The notes under the pieces were generated by a model, which was given only the letters and a program-made list of their open reading frames with translations, was not told the DNA's origin and made no database searches. Both the position numbers and the translations under genes were made by a program. A stretch of DNA of 55,369 nt, filler included, from Platydemus manokwari (taxonomy: Eukaryota): assembly GCA_037951405.1 (NCBI GenBank). It is 4 parts of 4 records of this genome, joined end to end, with 100 filler letters (N's around TTAATTAATTAA, not from the genome) between each part and the next. Parts side by side here need not be neighbours in the genome. Positions count along the whole stretch, not along the records: positions 1 to 14,699 come from JBBMOY011411423.1; 3 more parts are not named here. One strand, given 5' to 3'. Below, piece by piece: positions 1 through 13,388 of the stretch (positions are counted from its first letter, which is position 1; each line of letters begins with the position of its first letter).

Positions 1-459
1 AATATTTTCTTATGAGTTATGCTTCTTCAAATATGTGCATGAAAATCGGACATTTCATATGGGACAACCTAATATTAGTATTCGTTTATTGAATAATAAT
101 ATAGGAGCACGCACCTACCGGATTGACATTGCGCTTCAACCGGTAGTATGCAGAACTCATATATCTAAATAATAAAAGAACCAAAACAGCAACACTAGGT
201 ACAAAATATCGAATCTCAGCATTTATATAAGCTGATGGATTTCCATCACAATTCATTTTAGTTCGAAAAATTTCAGCTAGAAGTTTTTAGTTTGTAAATT
301 TTAATGGAAGAGAATCTCATTTGGAAAAAGCAATCGGTAAACTATCAAAATAATAATATTTAATAATTATTATTATAATAATGCATAAACTAATTTCTGC
401 CATTATGAAAGATCTTATCTTTGGAATCTATATAATAAAATTTATACTAAAATTTATAG

Positions 460-1250
460 GGCACTTAACAATAAGCTCTCTCGTTCCGAGTTTATCAGAT
501 ATCAAGAAATGAGAAACGCAATGAGAGATGAGATAGTTTTGGAAGATTTGTATGCTTCTTATGAATTGGCTTTTAGGAAAGGATTCCAAGGAATAAGTGA
601 GTCAGTGGTCTTATATGTAATGTCACTAAACAAATCAGCCATAAAAGCTTTTGATGGAGAACCACAAATAGAAAGGATCATTCAAAGTTAATTTAGAACT
701 GGAATTCAGGAGGACATACTGACTGCGCTGATGTCTGTGGATGCGGAGAACTTCCAGGAGTTAGTACAAAAAGCAAAACGAATTGAAGCCTAAATATGGA
801 GGTGGGGTAAATGAAGTAAATCATGTCAGATTCACTGAGGACACAAAACTTATATTGAAAAGAATAAAATTAGCATTACTGAAGAGGATCAAAAGGGTCC
901 AAATATTGGAAACATGGACTGGAAAAAATGAAAATGTTTGAACAATTTCAAAAAGAACAGAAGGAAGAAGAATAAGTTTACACAGAGCAACGAGATTCAG
1001 AAAGGTACAAGAAAAGTTTATCTCCAGGATCTAAGGAAGGTGATTTACAGGATGGGATAATAAAGCTCATCAAGATGGAATAATGATGGTGGAAACTGGA
1101 ACAATAGTAGAAAAGACAACTGAAATAATAATAGAAAGAATGGCTGAAATAACAGAAGAGATTATTGGAACGACAGAAGCTATAGGACAAACAGTGCTTT
1201 AAACATAAAAAGAGAAGCAGCCACATAACATAAAGATATAACCCCAGCAT
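460..1250 (+). mobile_element. Decayed Ty3/Gypsy gag (capsid) remnant
   Basis: ORF 509-691 and its continuation past a stop read FQGISESVVLYVMSLNKSAIKAF...IIQS*FRTGIQEDILTALMSVDAENFQELVQKAKRIEA, matching the retrotransposon gag Q-x3-ESV-x2-Y ... F-x-x-G pattern. Stops follow. Confidence 0.7.
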
Positions 1251-2052
1251 GAAATAAAATAAATAACCGTGGAAATTGTGGAAGAGATTAAATAAATAGA
1301 GACAGACAAATAATAGATTACGTTGATAATTATGAGAGATGTAACAGTTAAAGTTATCAAATAATAAATTGTGTTAATTAATAGAGTGATAAGAGATCAG
1401 CTAAAAACTAAATGAACCTTATCCGTGCCATGAAATTCAAAAACCAGTATCAACGAATATACTCCTCAGGCAAATGTCGTAATTTAATTATCTTGTCTAA
1501 TAGAAATTTTCTCAGTTAACGTTTTCTGACTTTGCCTGGTTCTGCTCGATTTTATTTGGTTCACTATGGTTTTACTGTCGAATGATTCTGACGTTTAGCC
1601 TTCCGAATTCACCGTTGGCTATTGTAGTGTAGTATTTTTGGTAGTTACTGTTCTGAATTCAGCTCGTTATTTATACCTTTGCGTTTCTATTTTTGGTAAC
1701 TTCTTCGGCCTCTGTTAATGGCTTTTGCTTTTGTTGATTTTTCTGATTCTCGTTTTCCGCTTTTTTCTGGTTTTAACTTGTTAATGTTCATCTCATCATA
1801 TATTATTACTTTTTTATTATTATTTTTTGTTTTTACTTTATAATAACTATTTATTATGATTTTATTATATATTTTATGATTTTAATGTATTATTATTTCT
1901 ATTCTATTATTATTCCTTTTACCTTAATCTGTCAAAATTCTTCTCCCCTCGCTTCTTTACAAAATAGAGAAAAATAATTCAAATATAAAAACCAAACGAC
2001 ATAAAATTATTAAGCATAAACAGAATGAAAATCAAATAGTTTATAGCAATAG

Positions 2053-2150
2053 AATTGTCGCGAATTATCACACTGCAATAAAGATAAATTGTTACACAAA
2101 TTGTCACATAAAGTTGTTACAGAGAATAAATTGTCACAAGGGATAATTGT
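2053..2150. repeat. Degenerate short tandem repeat, AATTGTYACA-like units
   Basis: About 6 imperfect copies: aattgtcgcg, aattatcaca, aattgttaca, aattgtcaca, agttgttaca, aattgtcaca. Confidence 0.55.
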
Positions 2151-3419
2151 TTGTTCGAGAACTCTGCTTGTGTCGAGGTCGTAGTTTTGAAGTTTTGGAT
2201 TCAACATAATCTGATGTCCGTAGTCAAGAGTATACTTGGTTATGTTTCATATAATATTTTATACTAAGGTTTGTATATTTGGGTTTATGCAATATGTGTA
2301 TCAGTGGGGCAAAATGTATGTACAACAACTGGTTGTATTGTATAATTATGTATTATATTTAAGAACATATTTTGAAGTTTTGGAATTGTATTTGCTTGGG
2401 TCATATAATTATGTATAGTTTGGAGATAAAGATTGTTGGATTGATTTGGAGTTTTGGATTTGATTGAGAGGGATTCACAACAAGTATTTGTCGTTAAGGC
2501 TTATATTATACGAAATTTAAAAACCCCAAAATACAACGGATCAGAGTACTTGTCAATAATTAAGTTGCGTAATATTTATTATATAATAAATATGTATATA
2601 AATATTTCAGAGCTTCACGAATCACTCGTGTTTCATTTATTATCTTGATTATTTCTATTAATCGAAACTGTTATAATTTGCATCATCATTTGATAACACA
2701 TCAGATAATTATTCAAATAGATATTATTATTGTTTTCATTGGTTTTCAGTTTTATTTATTCACATCTCCACATAATATTATTATATCGATTATTCTAAAC
2801 TCATTACTCATTAATAATAAATAATACATTTTGTTTTAATATTTTGTGTGCCTACGCATTATCGTATGCAATTCAAAAATAAAATTACTTGATAATCGTA
2901 GGTTAGAACCAATGAATTTCGATTATTCTTTATATGAACTGTTATTCATTCATTTAAGGTGTGTCAAATATGACGGATTGCAGTTAATTGTATATTTATA
3001 TTAGTAATACCACAATGACATCAGTAACCTTGACCAGCCATGTTGAATTAACTTTACGTTAAGCAAAATAATTCAATGTACAAATGAGATCTTAGCATCG
3101 GTTTAATGTGATACAAAGTAAGCTTTTTCAGATATTTGATAGTTTTTATATGATAAATTTAAATTTTCTAATATATTATTGACATTTTAAACGAAGTTGA
3201 TATCTTTTAAATAAATTGTTTTTATCTCACGATTAATCAATAATTTAAAATGCCAAAACTATAAATTTTAATTGATAATTATTATGTTATAACAATATCG
3301 ATCAAGTGATGATTATTATGGATTTTCATTTATAAATAATTATCGATGATATCTATTTGAATATTTGTATTGAGATGATCATATCGATTAATGATGTGAT
3401 TCAGTATTGATAAATAAGC

Positions 3420-4750
3420 ACCAGGAATCAGAAGCATATATGTAACCAGTCAAGTATATATGTCGATAAAGGTTTAGAGGTTATGGTTTGATGAATACTG
3501 AACAAGTTTATCATGATTTCCTACACGTATTTGTACATGAAGAAATCTTTTATTGAATTCACATAAATGGTCATCTCTTGTTCAAATGTGAAATTGATTG
3601 TCTGCCAATCGTGCTGGTTGGACATATTCTGAATAAGAGTAATCAACACGATCAAATCTTCAATATGAGAAATATCGAAGTGATAACCATTATTGATTCA
3701 CGTTTATCCGAAATGAATATTTTCCAGTTGATTGTAGTGGCAGTTGACAGATGATATATCGAGGATAACAGGAATTTGAATTTGAAAAATATAGTTAAAA
3801 CATTAAAATTTATTTTGCTTCAACATAAATGTCTGCACGACATGATGGCACAAATCCTTACGTCGACATTATACTGAATTTTAAAAATTTTTACATAAAA
3901 CATTCTGATTCGAAATTTTTAGTTGTGAAATCTTCTCATTTACTTTGCGCCTTTGTTGAATAGCTTTGTTATTGACTAGTTGTAACTGTAGATGTTAATG
4001 TAGTCCATAACCGGAAACGTTTCATCGAATATTGTGAAGTCAATACGGTTCGTTGGATTTTTAGCAAGATAACCACATTTTGGCACATTCATGATTAGGT
4101 GAATATCGGTGGCATTGTAGATGAGGTGATTGAGCTTCTGTTCAAGATTTTTGCAATAAATTTGTATTGTGATGTTATCTGACAGAATAGTCTTCCAGGA
4201 AGTCGATTGATAGACATAATAAAGACGTTGATATTGAGCATCCCTGTTTGACACTGCAGTGAATAGGAATAAGTGGTGTTTTTATCTGGCCACAAGAGTA
4301 GAAAAATTTGGAATTTTTATAGTCTTTGATTATCTGAGCATAGTGGTTTGTTAAATTGTATATTTGGTTAGGGTGAAAAATTAGATGTTGTGTACGGCAC
4401 ATCAGTCATAGGTAAACATTGCTTTTTAAATTGCAGAGAGGTGGCTAGCTTCGATCCAGTTTCATGATAGTTTTAAAAATTCGGCATTATGTTATCGAGA
4501 GCGCAATGGGCCACCATCAAGATACTATGTATGGTGTTCACAGTATGCCAGGTCTGAGAAGACTGGTGTTCTATTCTTCTAGTTGGTACGGTTTGGTCTT
4601 TGTTCGGAGGACTTTGTTGAAGAATGTTCAGGATCAACAGTTTTCAAGTACTTATATGTGATGCCTTCTGACTCGGTGCAAATTTTGACAAACTTTGAAT
4701 GCGTTTTTAGTTACCTCATTTATCTATCTTAATTATCGTCTTGATTTATT
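3420..4750 (-). mobile_element. Decayed non-LTR retrotransposon reverse transcriptase (possibly R2/NeSL-like)
   Basis: Frameshifted minus-strand ORFs give SVKQGCSISTSLLCLSID (RT GVxQG.PLS motif), ILSDNITI (YADD region) and LIMNVPKCGYL. Upstream HCALDNIM...KLATSLQFKK resembles the GCxEH...LDFxxAF segment. Clade assignment is tentative. Confidence 0.7.
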
Positions 4751-7700
4751 TCTCGAGTTTGATTATCGATTTTTTTATTGCCAATACAATACAAACTATC
4801 AACAGGCATTTCATTGGATAGTTTCCGTTCTTAGGTCCGCACAATTTTTTATTTAATAAATCAATGATTTCTGAGTCTTGTGGTACTTCATTCTCTAAAT
4901 GTTGAATGATTTTCTAAAATATTTTCAATCAAAAATACACTTTTACAAATATTGATTTTTTACTTTTGCTTAATATCTATCAATTCTAATTAGTTGTTTC
5001 AGCTGATTATTTTACAACTTTGATAATTTCGATCTAATTTTCCAGATTATTCATCCAATTAATCAATAATTTACTTGTATGAGAGTTTCGATAATACATT
5101 TTCCTCTATATTTAAATTAGGGTTTAAATTGATTTTCTATAATTTAAAATACAATTTATGTGTTCTGTTTGGTGGTTTGTTCTTAATATTTATGTCCAGT
5201 AATAACCGGAAAACTGGTCCATTTCGTTTCATATTTATAACATTTCCCTATCGTGGGTGTTTATCTCTTAATGTTCATTATGTTTTGATACGTTTGGGAT
5301 CTTGCTACTTTTATTTTTAATAACCTTAACCTTATCAGTCTCGAAATTTATTTTATTGTTGTTGATCACTGTTGTCTTAATCAGTCACACATGGTTCTGA
5401 TCAAGTCCTAGGTACGATCTATTGAATCTATTTATTTCTTTCTTCGCCTCGCGTTCAGTATTGACAATACCAAACGGCAACAACGATCAATAATTACTAC
5501 GAACATTATATTGATTTTAATACTATGTGGCTTTAACAAACTATCAGTCTCTCCTTTCACTAATATCGTTAATGCTATCAGCCTCAACTCAAAAGCAAAT
5601 CAATAACAAAATTTTATTTATAAAATATTTATCAACACCAAAACTACAATGACACCTATATAAATTACTACGGTTTACAATGGTTAAATAAAATATAAAA
5701 ATTACACGAAAAAAACCTTGTCAAGCTTCTGGAAAAGATTCACGGTTAATAGACTGCACACTCTTGCAGCAAAACCACCTTTCAAGGAATTTGAGACAAA
5801 GCTTTATAGTCGAAAATATGCACGAGTTTTATAATACCCATCAGTTGTTTACAGTACTAATCGAACTTACTTTAACGAGCATATAATTGAAATGAAGCCT
5901 TGGTAAAAATTCTTCTTGGAAAATATGGGTCGGATCGAATACGAGCAGAATGGCTTTTGAAAAATACGACTTCACGCAATTGACAATTTGTTTAACGTAA
6001 CAAACGGTTATTTGGAACTGGTGGTTGTTCAGAAATTGTGACGTTTCCCCCTATTTATTTGATTCGGGAGACGAATTTAATCGTCACTGATTATTGGAGA
6101 AAATGGTTACAATTAAATTTATTCCCTGCAGATTTCTCTTTTATTTATTAAAATAAAACTCGCTCGTTGTTTTTAGAATATAAATAATATAATATTTCTA
6201 TTTTTAATTATTCAACATTTCCTTGAAAGGTATTAAAATTATTATATTTCTTAACCGGATAGAAAAATTGCTACAAAAATTAACGCTTGAATAATCAAGC
6301 CCACAAATTGATACATGATATAAACCAATTTATAAAAATTGTTACAATATTCATAAGTAATAGATTTTTTACTGCGCTATACATCAATAAGCAATGACTA
6401 TACATTGATATCAAATGTTTTTGTGCAGTAAAGCGAGATAATTTTTGGTCTCGATTGAATGGCAGATATTGTTACAGTTTTTTGGATTGAATTAACTATT
6501 GCTTTTTGCCATTTCTCCAACAGTTTTATTCCCGCGGTATTTATTGATACAATAATTTATTTTTATTACAACAAATATTATTATAATTATCAGAATATCA
6601 TTGAAATAATATTTATTATTCCTGAGAATGTGTTAATGCTTCATTTTATTGTCGATTGTTCTTACTTGGCTCAACATTTTTATCTTGTTTCTCGTAAATA
6701 ATCGTGTGACTTATACCATTAAATCTACTCCGCATTGCCGGTACTTGTTATCTCTTTCTGACTGCAAGCTATTATTATGTTAAACAATCTGTTTTTGTCT
6801 CTTTGAATTCCAATAATTTATTTCCAAAATTCAGTTTTTTTTATTAACAATCTGGTCTTTAGCCGTCTTCAATTCACAAACCTGTTATTTTAATCACATC
6901 ACAGTTACATTTGTGAACAATGTGATAGATATTTAAGTACTTCGTTATTTTAGTTTATTGAATTCGTTCGAGATAGTCTCGAATTTGCTGAGTCGTCAGG
7001 AGAGCCAAGTAAGTTGCTCTGCCAGGGACTAAATTTGTAAAGTTGCTCGTAGGACTGCGATGTAGATACTGTTCTGTAGCTTCTTTTTTTTTCATTTCAG
7101 CTAAATTTTCTTATCATCTTATCTTCAACACGCTGATGTTGAAGATGTATAACATCATTACAAGAGCATTTGCCGCTTCTCATTTTCGGTAGATCAAGGA
7201 TAAATGAGATGACAAAAATACAAAATATTTATAAATCAAAATAAGCACAAAATCATATTTTCCAAATTTTTTAAATTTGTTTTATTACACCAAAATTAAA
7301 GTTGTTTAATCAACCTCTAGGTCATTAGGAAAATTCAATAAAAAATCTATTAATTTAAGTTGCGTCATATCTAAAATTAGAATAACAACAAGCTGCTAAA
7401 AAAAACTGCTTCGATTAAAAAGAGTAACTCATGCATAACATACACTAAAAATATTAATATATGACACTAAGCATAGAATGTTACTAAAATAGGGACATGA
7501 CACATAAAGCACACACATGTCAGAAATCTGAACAATGTATAAACAAATAACAGTAATCAGTCTGTGCACAACTTTTTCAAGGCACAATACTGATCTCCAA
7601 TTTATAGAAGTGGATTTCTGAGTGATGATTTTCACGCGAGTTTATTATTATATTGTAAAATTTTTAAGCTCGAGGACATTCATTTGTTTTGAAGAAGCTA

Positions 7701-7879
7701 TCAATTTATTTTATTAATTTTGTTTAAGCGTTCCAGTTATCCCTTCTAATCAAAGCAATATGTTAATTTTTACAATTATAATAATTTATTCAGACTCACA
7801 GCTAGTACTAGTCTTGTGATCTTTTAAAATCTAATAAGAAACTTATACTTGGTTCCCTATTTTCTATTTATCCGAGCAC

Positions 7880-9100
7880 TTAAGTGGTAAGCGCTGTAAT
7901 TTTATCTTGAGGTTTCTGTGCTCAAACAATAGCGTTATTTATAATCTCCTAGGTTTCTAAATTTTAATTAATCGAATATATTTTATTGTTTTACATTTTT
8001 TTGGATTATTCGCAATCGAGGATTTATCTGCGGCACCAACCTTATCTTTTTGAGTCTAAATATAGAAAAATTATAGAAAAATCCTTCTGATCACGCAAAT
8101 CTAGTAGAAATCTTCAACATGAATCTTATGGAGGTGTTTATAAGAAAAGTTTTAGGAATCCTTAATTACATAAGGTCTGGGCGATTGAATTTAATTAGCT
8201 AATTAAAGATCTTGTTTGTTCGAAGCTAGTTCTGATTTTAAATGTTTTCTTAGGTTGACGAAAAATTATCAATGTTTTGCTTTTGGCTGTTCAACTGAAT
8301 CTTGATTGGAACTCTCACTGTAAGCATACTGGCTTTTTCATAAGTAAAATCTATTTCAGGAATGATTTTATCATGAAACTGCTTTTTGCAATATTAAGTG
8401 TTGTTATTACACATCTTAGCTCTTGTGATGTTGTTTTCAGATTGTATGGGACATCTACTGATTCCTTCTCAGGATTTTTGGAATTATAATTGAATAACAT
8501 TATAAAATCCTTTATTACAATCCTGGAGTAGTATTTGAGAGACTCTTAAAACTATTCCAAATTACTTCATGTGATATTGGTATAAAATTGTAAATGTCCT
8601 CAAGTCGTGGGAAATTTGGATTGAAGTTTGTTGGAAATTGTGATGAAGCTAAAATTGTAATGTGCATGGTTATGTTTTCGATGGATTACAGAGAAAGTGG
8701 GTGGAAGATACGACTAACTGTCTAATTGTTTTCAGACTGACACCATATGGTTCTTATAACTGATATTACTCAGCATAAACTTGTAGAATAGTCCTGGTTC
8801 TTCATATTTAATTTTGATTTTGTAGTCTGTTCATTTGACAATCTATTAATAGTGTTTCTACTTCTATTTTTCCGTAATCATTTTTTTTATTTTCCAAAGA
8901 TTATAATAAATTTATCATGTCCTGGGACTGAAAATTGTGTCTCATGACTGTGCGACATTTTGAATTTTTATCTGAGATCTAAGAACTTGCATTTGTTTAA
9001 AATGCCAATTTTATAAAGCCTCGTGAAAAATATTCTTCATTAAGCTTCAAAAAGCTTTGTCTTAACTAGAATGATTTAGATCACGTCGGGGTTCACAAAT
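7880..9100 (-). mobile_element. Highly decayed retroelement relic with a tRNA-Trp primer-binding-site-like motif
   Basis: 9080-9098 on minus reads TTGTGAACCCCGACGTGAT, close to the tRNA-Trp PBS TGGTGACCCCGACGTGAT. Downstream are stop-ridden fragments (IWNSFKSLSNTTPG; FVNLRK) with weak RT similarity. Confidence 0.35.
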
Positions 9101-9669
9101 TTGGTGGAATTTGGTGATGCCAATGATAATTTATTAGCTGTGAGGGTCGATATTTGGTTAGACAATTCCACTCTTAGCATTATCGAACCGTAGGTTGCAT
9201 ATGTTAATTTGGTTATGCAGCACAATTAATTATTGCATCTTTATATCATTGCATGATGATTATTATTATTATTCTTGCTATTATCAAAATTATCATAGTA
9301 ATGTAATGACATTAATTCGTAGAAATTGTTCAAATTTATTTGTCTAAAGATTTCTGTTGTTATTTTAGATTCCAGACATTAAATTTAAATTATCTCAGTT
9401 TTGTGTGACTAAATCTGAATTATTGTAGATCTTATCAATTGTCTTATTGAGTGTACATCTATCCGTTTTATCATTCTGATTTGATTGGTTAAAAATATGA
9501 GGATGTGATCGATTGTTCTGATGTGTTTGGATGTTTGATTCTTTCTCATATAAATTGAAGTATTTGGGTTTGGAAAGGATCTATTCTATTAAACAATCTG
9601 TTGCTAGACGATGCCAATAAATCTAAAATTATTCGGTGAAGTAAATTTTTATTTGTTTAAATAAATAAT

Positions 9670-10060
9670 TAGATAAATGAAACTGGATGACGACAAACTC
9701 AATCACGCCTATCAAGATCAGTGGGTTGACATCGATAGATACGATTAACTATGAATAAAAAATTTAAAAATTAAAAAATGTTCACTAATTTTCAAGACCA
9801 CATTCAAGAGAGAAAGGCAACTCATTAATGCCTCTGCACCAATTCTAAATGCACCCGTTCCAATAAATTATCAGTGGGAAAGTGAAATGGAACATCCAAA
9901 TTACGAAAACAATTCCACTAGAAAATGACAATTTAGTACCAATTTTTCAAAACAGCGGAAAAACACTCTTGAGGACACGCTTCAATAAACCCCCTGTAGT
10001 GTTGGTTTTCGCGAAAAATTGACAATTGCACGATATTTTTATTGGTTAGTGGTGTATAAA
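9670..10060 (+). mobile_element. 3' region of a repeat family, probably LTR retrotransposon (copy 1; related to 20440-20650)
   Basis: Peptide QWESEMEHPNY (9872-9904) followed by GACAC..AAACCCCC-TGTAGTGTTGG (9995). The same arrangement recurs at 20485-20639. Confidence 0.45.
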
Positions 10061-10379
10061 AGTAATAAAATATATGATTATCGATATATTTTTATTGAAT
10101 GTAAAAATGAGAATTGTCAATATTCATTTTCGCTCTTCATCTTTATTCCCTTCAGTGTGCAATATTTCTGAAACCTGAAGTTAAAAATGTTAATTTCCAA
10201 ATTGGAATTAGTGATAATTAATAATGATAATAATTTTAGTTGGTAATAATTATAATAATCATGATAATAAATTTAAATATCATGAATAAATGGTAATTAT
10301 AATTTTATGTTAAACTTAAATTGATCTTAAAATTAACATGAATAGAAGAGGTAAGCTTAATAATAAATTTTGTAATCGA

Positions 10380-10740
10380 TAAGGAACTGCTTAATTAAGA
10401 ATTCTGGATTTGACCAACAGGATATTTGTTTCCGTAGTATGATATGTGAGAATGATCTGTGGGCGTTTATAGCTTGTTTCTTGGCAACCCAGTGTATAAA
10501 GCAGTAACAATCGAATGCCTTGCTCTATTTGATATCACGAATCAAATATAACCCCCTTTGTTCGATGTTCTTTATTCTAACCTTAAACTCTAGCTTTGCA
10601 CTTTGCTTTGCAATTGGCGATATTTTTGTCACTATTATGGATGATCTATATTTTTCCTTTTGGTCATTTTTAAACACCCATAAGTTATTCCTACAATTAA
10701 AGCCAAAATCAATCTGGACTGCTTAATAAATAAATTATCC
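10380..10740 (-). mobile_element. hAT transposase fragment (decayed)
   Basis: Minus-strand fragments IVGITYG (cf. VGITTDG), AFDCYCFIHWVAKK (cf. HCFIHxxALxAK, the CxxH motif) and VKSRILN (cf. IKSRPLN), in the expected order. Confidence 0.5.
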
Positions 10741-13388
10741 TTTTCTTTTAAACAAAAATGTTTTCTCATTTGACTTCCGTGAAATAAGATTCGATTCAGT
10801 TGCTAATGTCTATATAAAATATATTTCTTCACACGATTTCAATCATATATTCTAACAGTAGCATTTTTCAGAATGGCTTTATTAAGAAATTATTAAAGTG
10901 ATATGATTTAGGGCCTTATTTAGACATGATTAGCTCATCGAAGAATATTTTATTAACAGTAATGATAATCAATTCAGTCATGATCTTCAAAATGGATATC
11001 AATAAATCAATAATCAAATAGGGCAATCATTATTACTGAAATACATTATTTTAATAAAAGAGAAAATCAATAAAATATCAGATTATTTGAATGAAAGAGT
11101 TGAATTGGCCGAGAAATCAGAAATGAAACTGATGGAAGCATGTAGGAAGAGGATATTTATTTCAAATAAGTAGAAGAGTGAAGAAAATTGATTTTGAAAA
11201 ATAGTTGTTCTCCTCTGATATTGGGATAAATTTAGCTGATTTTATTGGAGTGATATTTTAACTGAATTTGGAATATTGTGTAGCTTTGTGAATGAGAACC
11301 ATTTCATTGCATATCCGATTTTATCCCCTCTTTTATTGACACAGCGTTTAACAAATAATAAAAGATAAAATGTCAATCGATAATTAATGTTGCTGATAAA
11401 AAATATTGCTGATGTCATGTTTAGCGGTTTGCGTGCCATTCATTTAATATTTGTCAAAGATCTCAAATAGCTTTTGATCGATTCATTATCAACCATAAAA
11501 TGCTCTTCCAGACTCTTTCAAAATAGCTCAAGATTTCACTAAACTAAAATTCGTCAGTCACTTTCCGTAAGATAATCAATAATTTTATTATTCTATAGGA
11601 ACTCATAAAATTAATCGAAATTTCAGCTGAATTATTCAATATTATGAATAGGTTCTCTCCATCGGGGCAGAATGTTCTGTTATATCTAAAATTTTTATAA
11701 AATATACTAAAATTATAGAATTACATCACTGGTAACTGCTATGTCATTTATTTTGAACTGATGATGAAATATAAATGGTAAAATAATGTTGATTATAAAT
11801 ATATGGTTGTTTCAAGCCTATTATAATCAATAAAATATAAAACATCTGATACCAGCTATAACATGTTTTAATAAGATTATGATCTTTTGTGTTTGGAGAG
11901 GATAAATGATATCAGATTAACTGAATTCCCTTAGTAATACAATTTATTTTGGACATGTAGCTATGGTTACAGTGCCGTGGATGATGTTTGTAATGTAGGG
12001 TTGCAGCATGAGTGAATTTATTGTTAACAGATAATTATCATAAATTTTAACATTGATTTTTATAAAAGATGACTTTATTTCAGCTGATCATCAATATTGG
12101 AAATACCAGAATCAATAATGGACGCATATTCATTCAAGGCCTGTTTAAGAGTTTTCAAAATAATTGTTGTGGACGACGTGATTCAACAAAGCAGGCTAAT
12201 AAATTTATTTTTGAAAATGAGGAAATATTTTGATTGATTGGAAATTAAAAGTGTTTTATTGATTAAATATCATTTTTATTGAAAATATTTCAGCCAAACT
12301 AATTGACAAATAACAGATATTATTTAATTAAAACTTCAAGGATTTGCAATGTAAAAGATTCCCAGAAATTAATGTTTTGAAAAATTAAATGCTGATTGAA
12401 ATATTTTTCAAAAATTTATGTAAAACAGCGAAATAAACTAAATTTAAATAATGATGTTCTTGTTATTGATTTATTTAAACTACTTTAGAATTCATTTTGT
12501 GGGAAAACAAAAGAGAAAAAAGTTATAAATGAGCAGATAAAGCACCCAACATTAACAGCTAAAATTATTTCAAACATTCATAAATATTGCAGAAACAAAA
12601 TCTTGGGAATATGTAGTTAGAGAAATTCCGTTCAATAATTGATTATTGAAGCCCATCTTAGTAAAAAAAAACTCACTACAGGTGTTGTAAAATAACTTTC
12701 TAAGCAGAAATATTTTGATTTCCAAACTATAATCTCAATTTTTCTCATTTAGATAAATCTTTAACCTTCTGGATGCGACAAATAGATACTATTTTATTTC
12801 TGAATCATTTCCCTGTCAATTTATCCAGATATTTACAACTGCTTTCAATCAGTACATTATAATCTCTGGTATTCGTGCTGCAGTATTTCTAAGATCTTCA
12901 TTCGATTAAATCGGATTGATCGATTCTTCTTTCATCACATCTCAAAGTATTTCCCTACTTCGGATAAATCACAACAGCAACATGTTCCCACGCGTGTCAC
13001 AATTTTTAAACATCTAATATAGTTTTCTGAAAATATACCTTTAACTTTATTCTATAAAATAATATTATTATCATCACAAAACCTTTCATTATATTTACTT
13101 ATTATAACAGATTCTTTATCAGAATCAGTATATTTACGAATTACTTCATCTTTTAAAAAAGACACTCGAAAAACAACATAATATTATAACAACGAAATAC
13201 ATATGAAACACAAAAAATAAAATAAAATAATGAGACATGTTCATATAAGAGCAACCCAAACAGTGATGAGAAAATGTGATTGTTTCCAAAGTTATGAAAT
13301 GACGTAAAATGAAATGCCTGTTAGTAGACCAAAGCTGTATCAAGGAATCTTAAGAACTCTTAATTCATCTATTTGTTTTATCGGAGCT

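Noticed and set aside
879-910. CUGAAGA-GGAUC-AAAAG-GGUCC-AAAU hammerhead-like core
   Set aside because: Good stem II, but G12 is missing and no stem I or III can be formed; lies in a gag relic.
7121-7146. 10-bp perfect hairpin ATCTTCAACA/TGTTGAAGAT
   Set aside because: Short, isolated and plausible by chance; bacterial terminator logic does not apply to this eukaryotic DNA.
10850-12200. Decayed coding-like tract, considered as a second Polinton fragment
   Set aside because: No diagnostic motif could be read with confidence.
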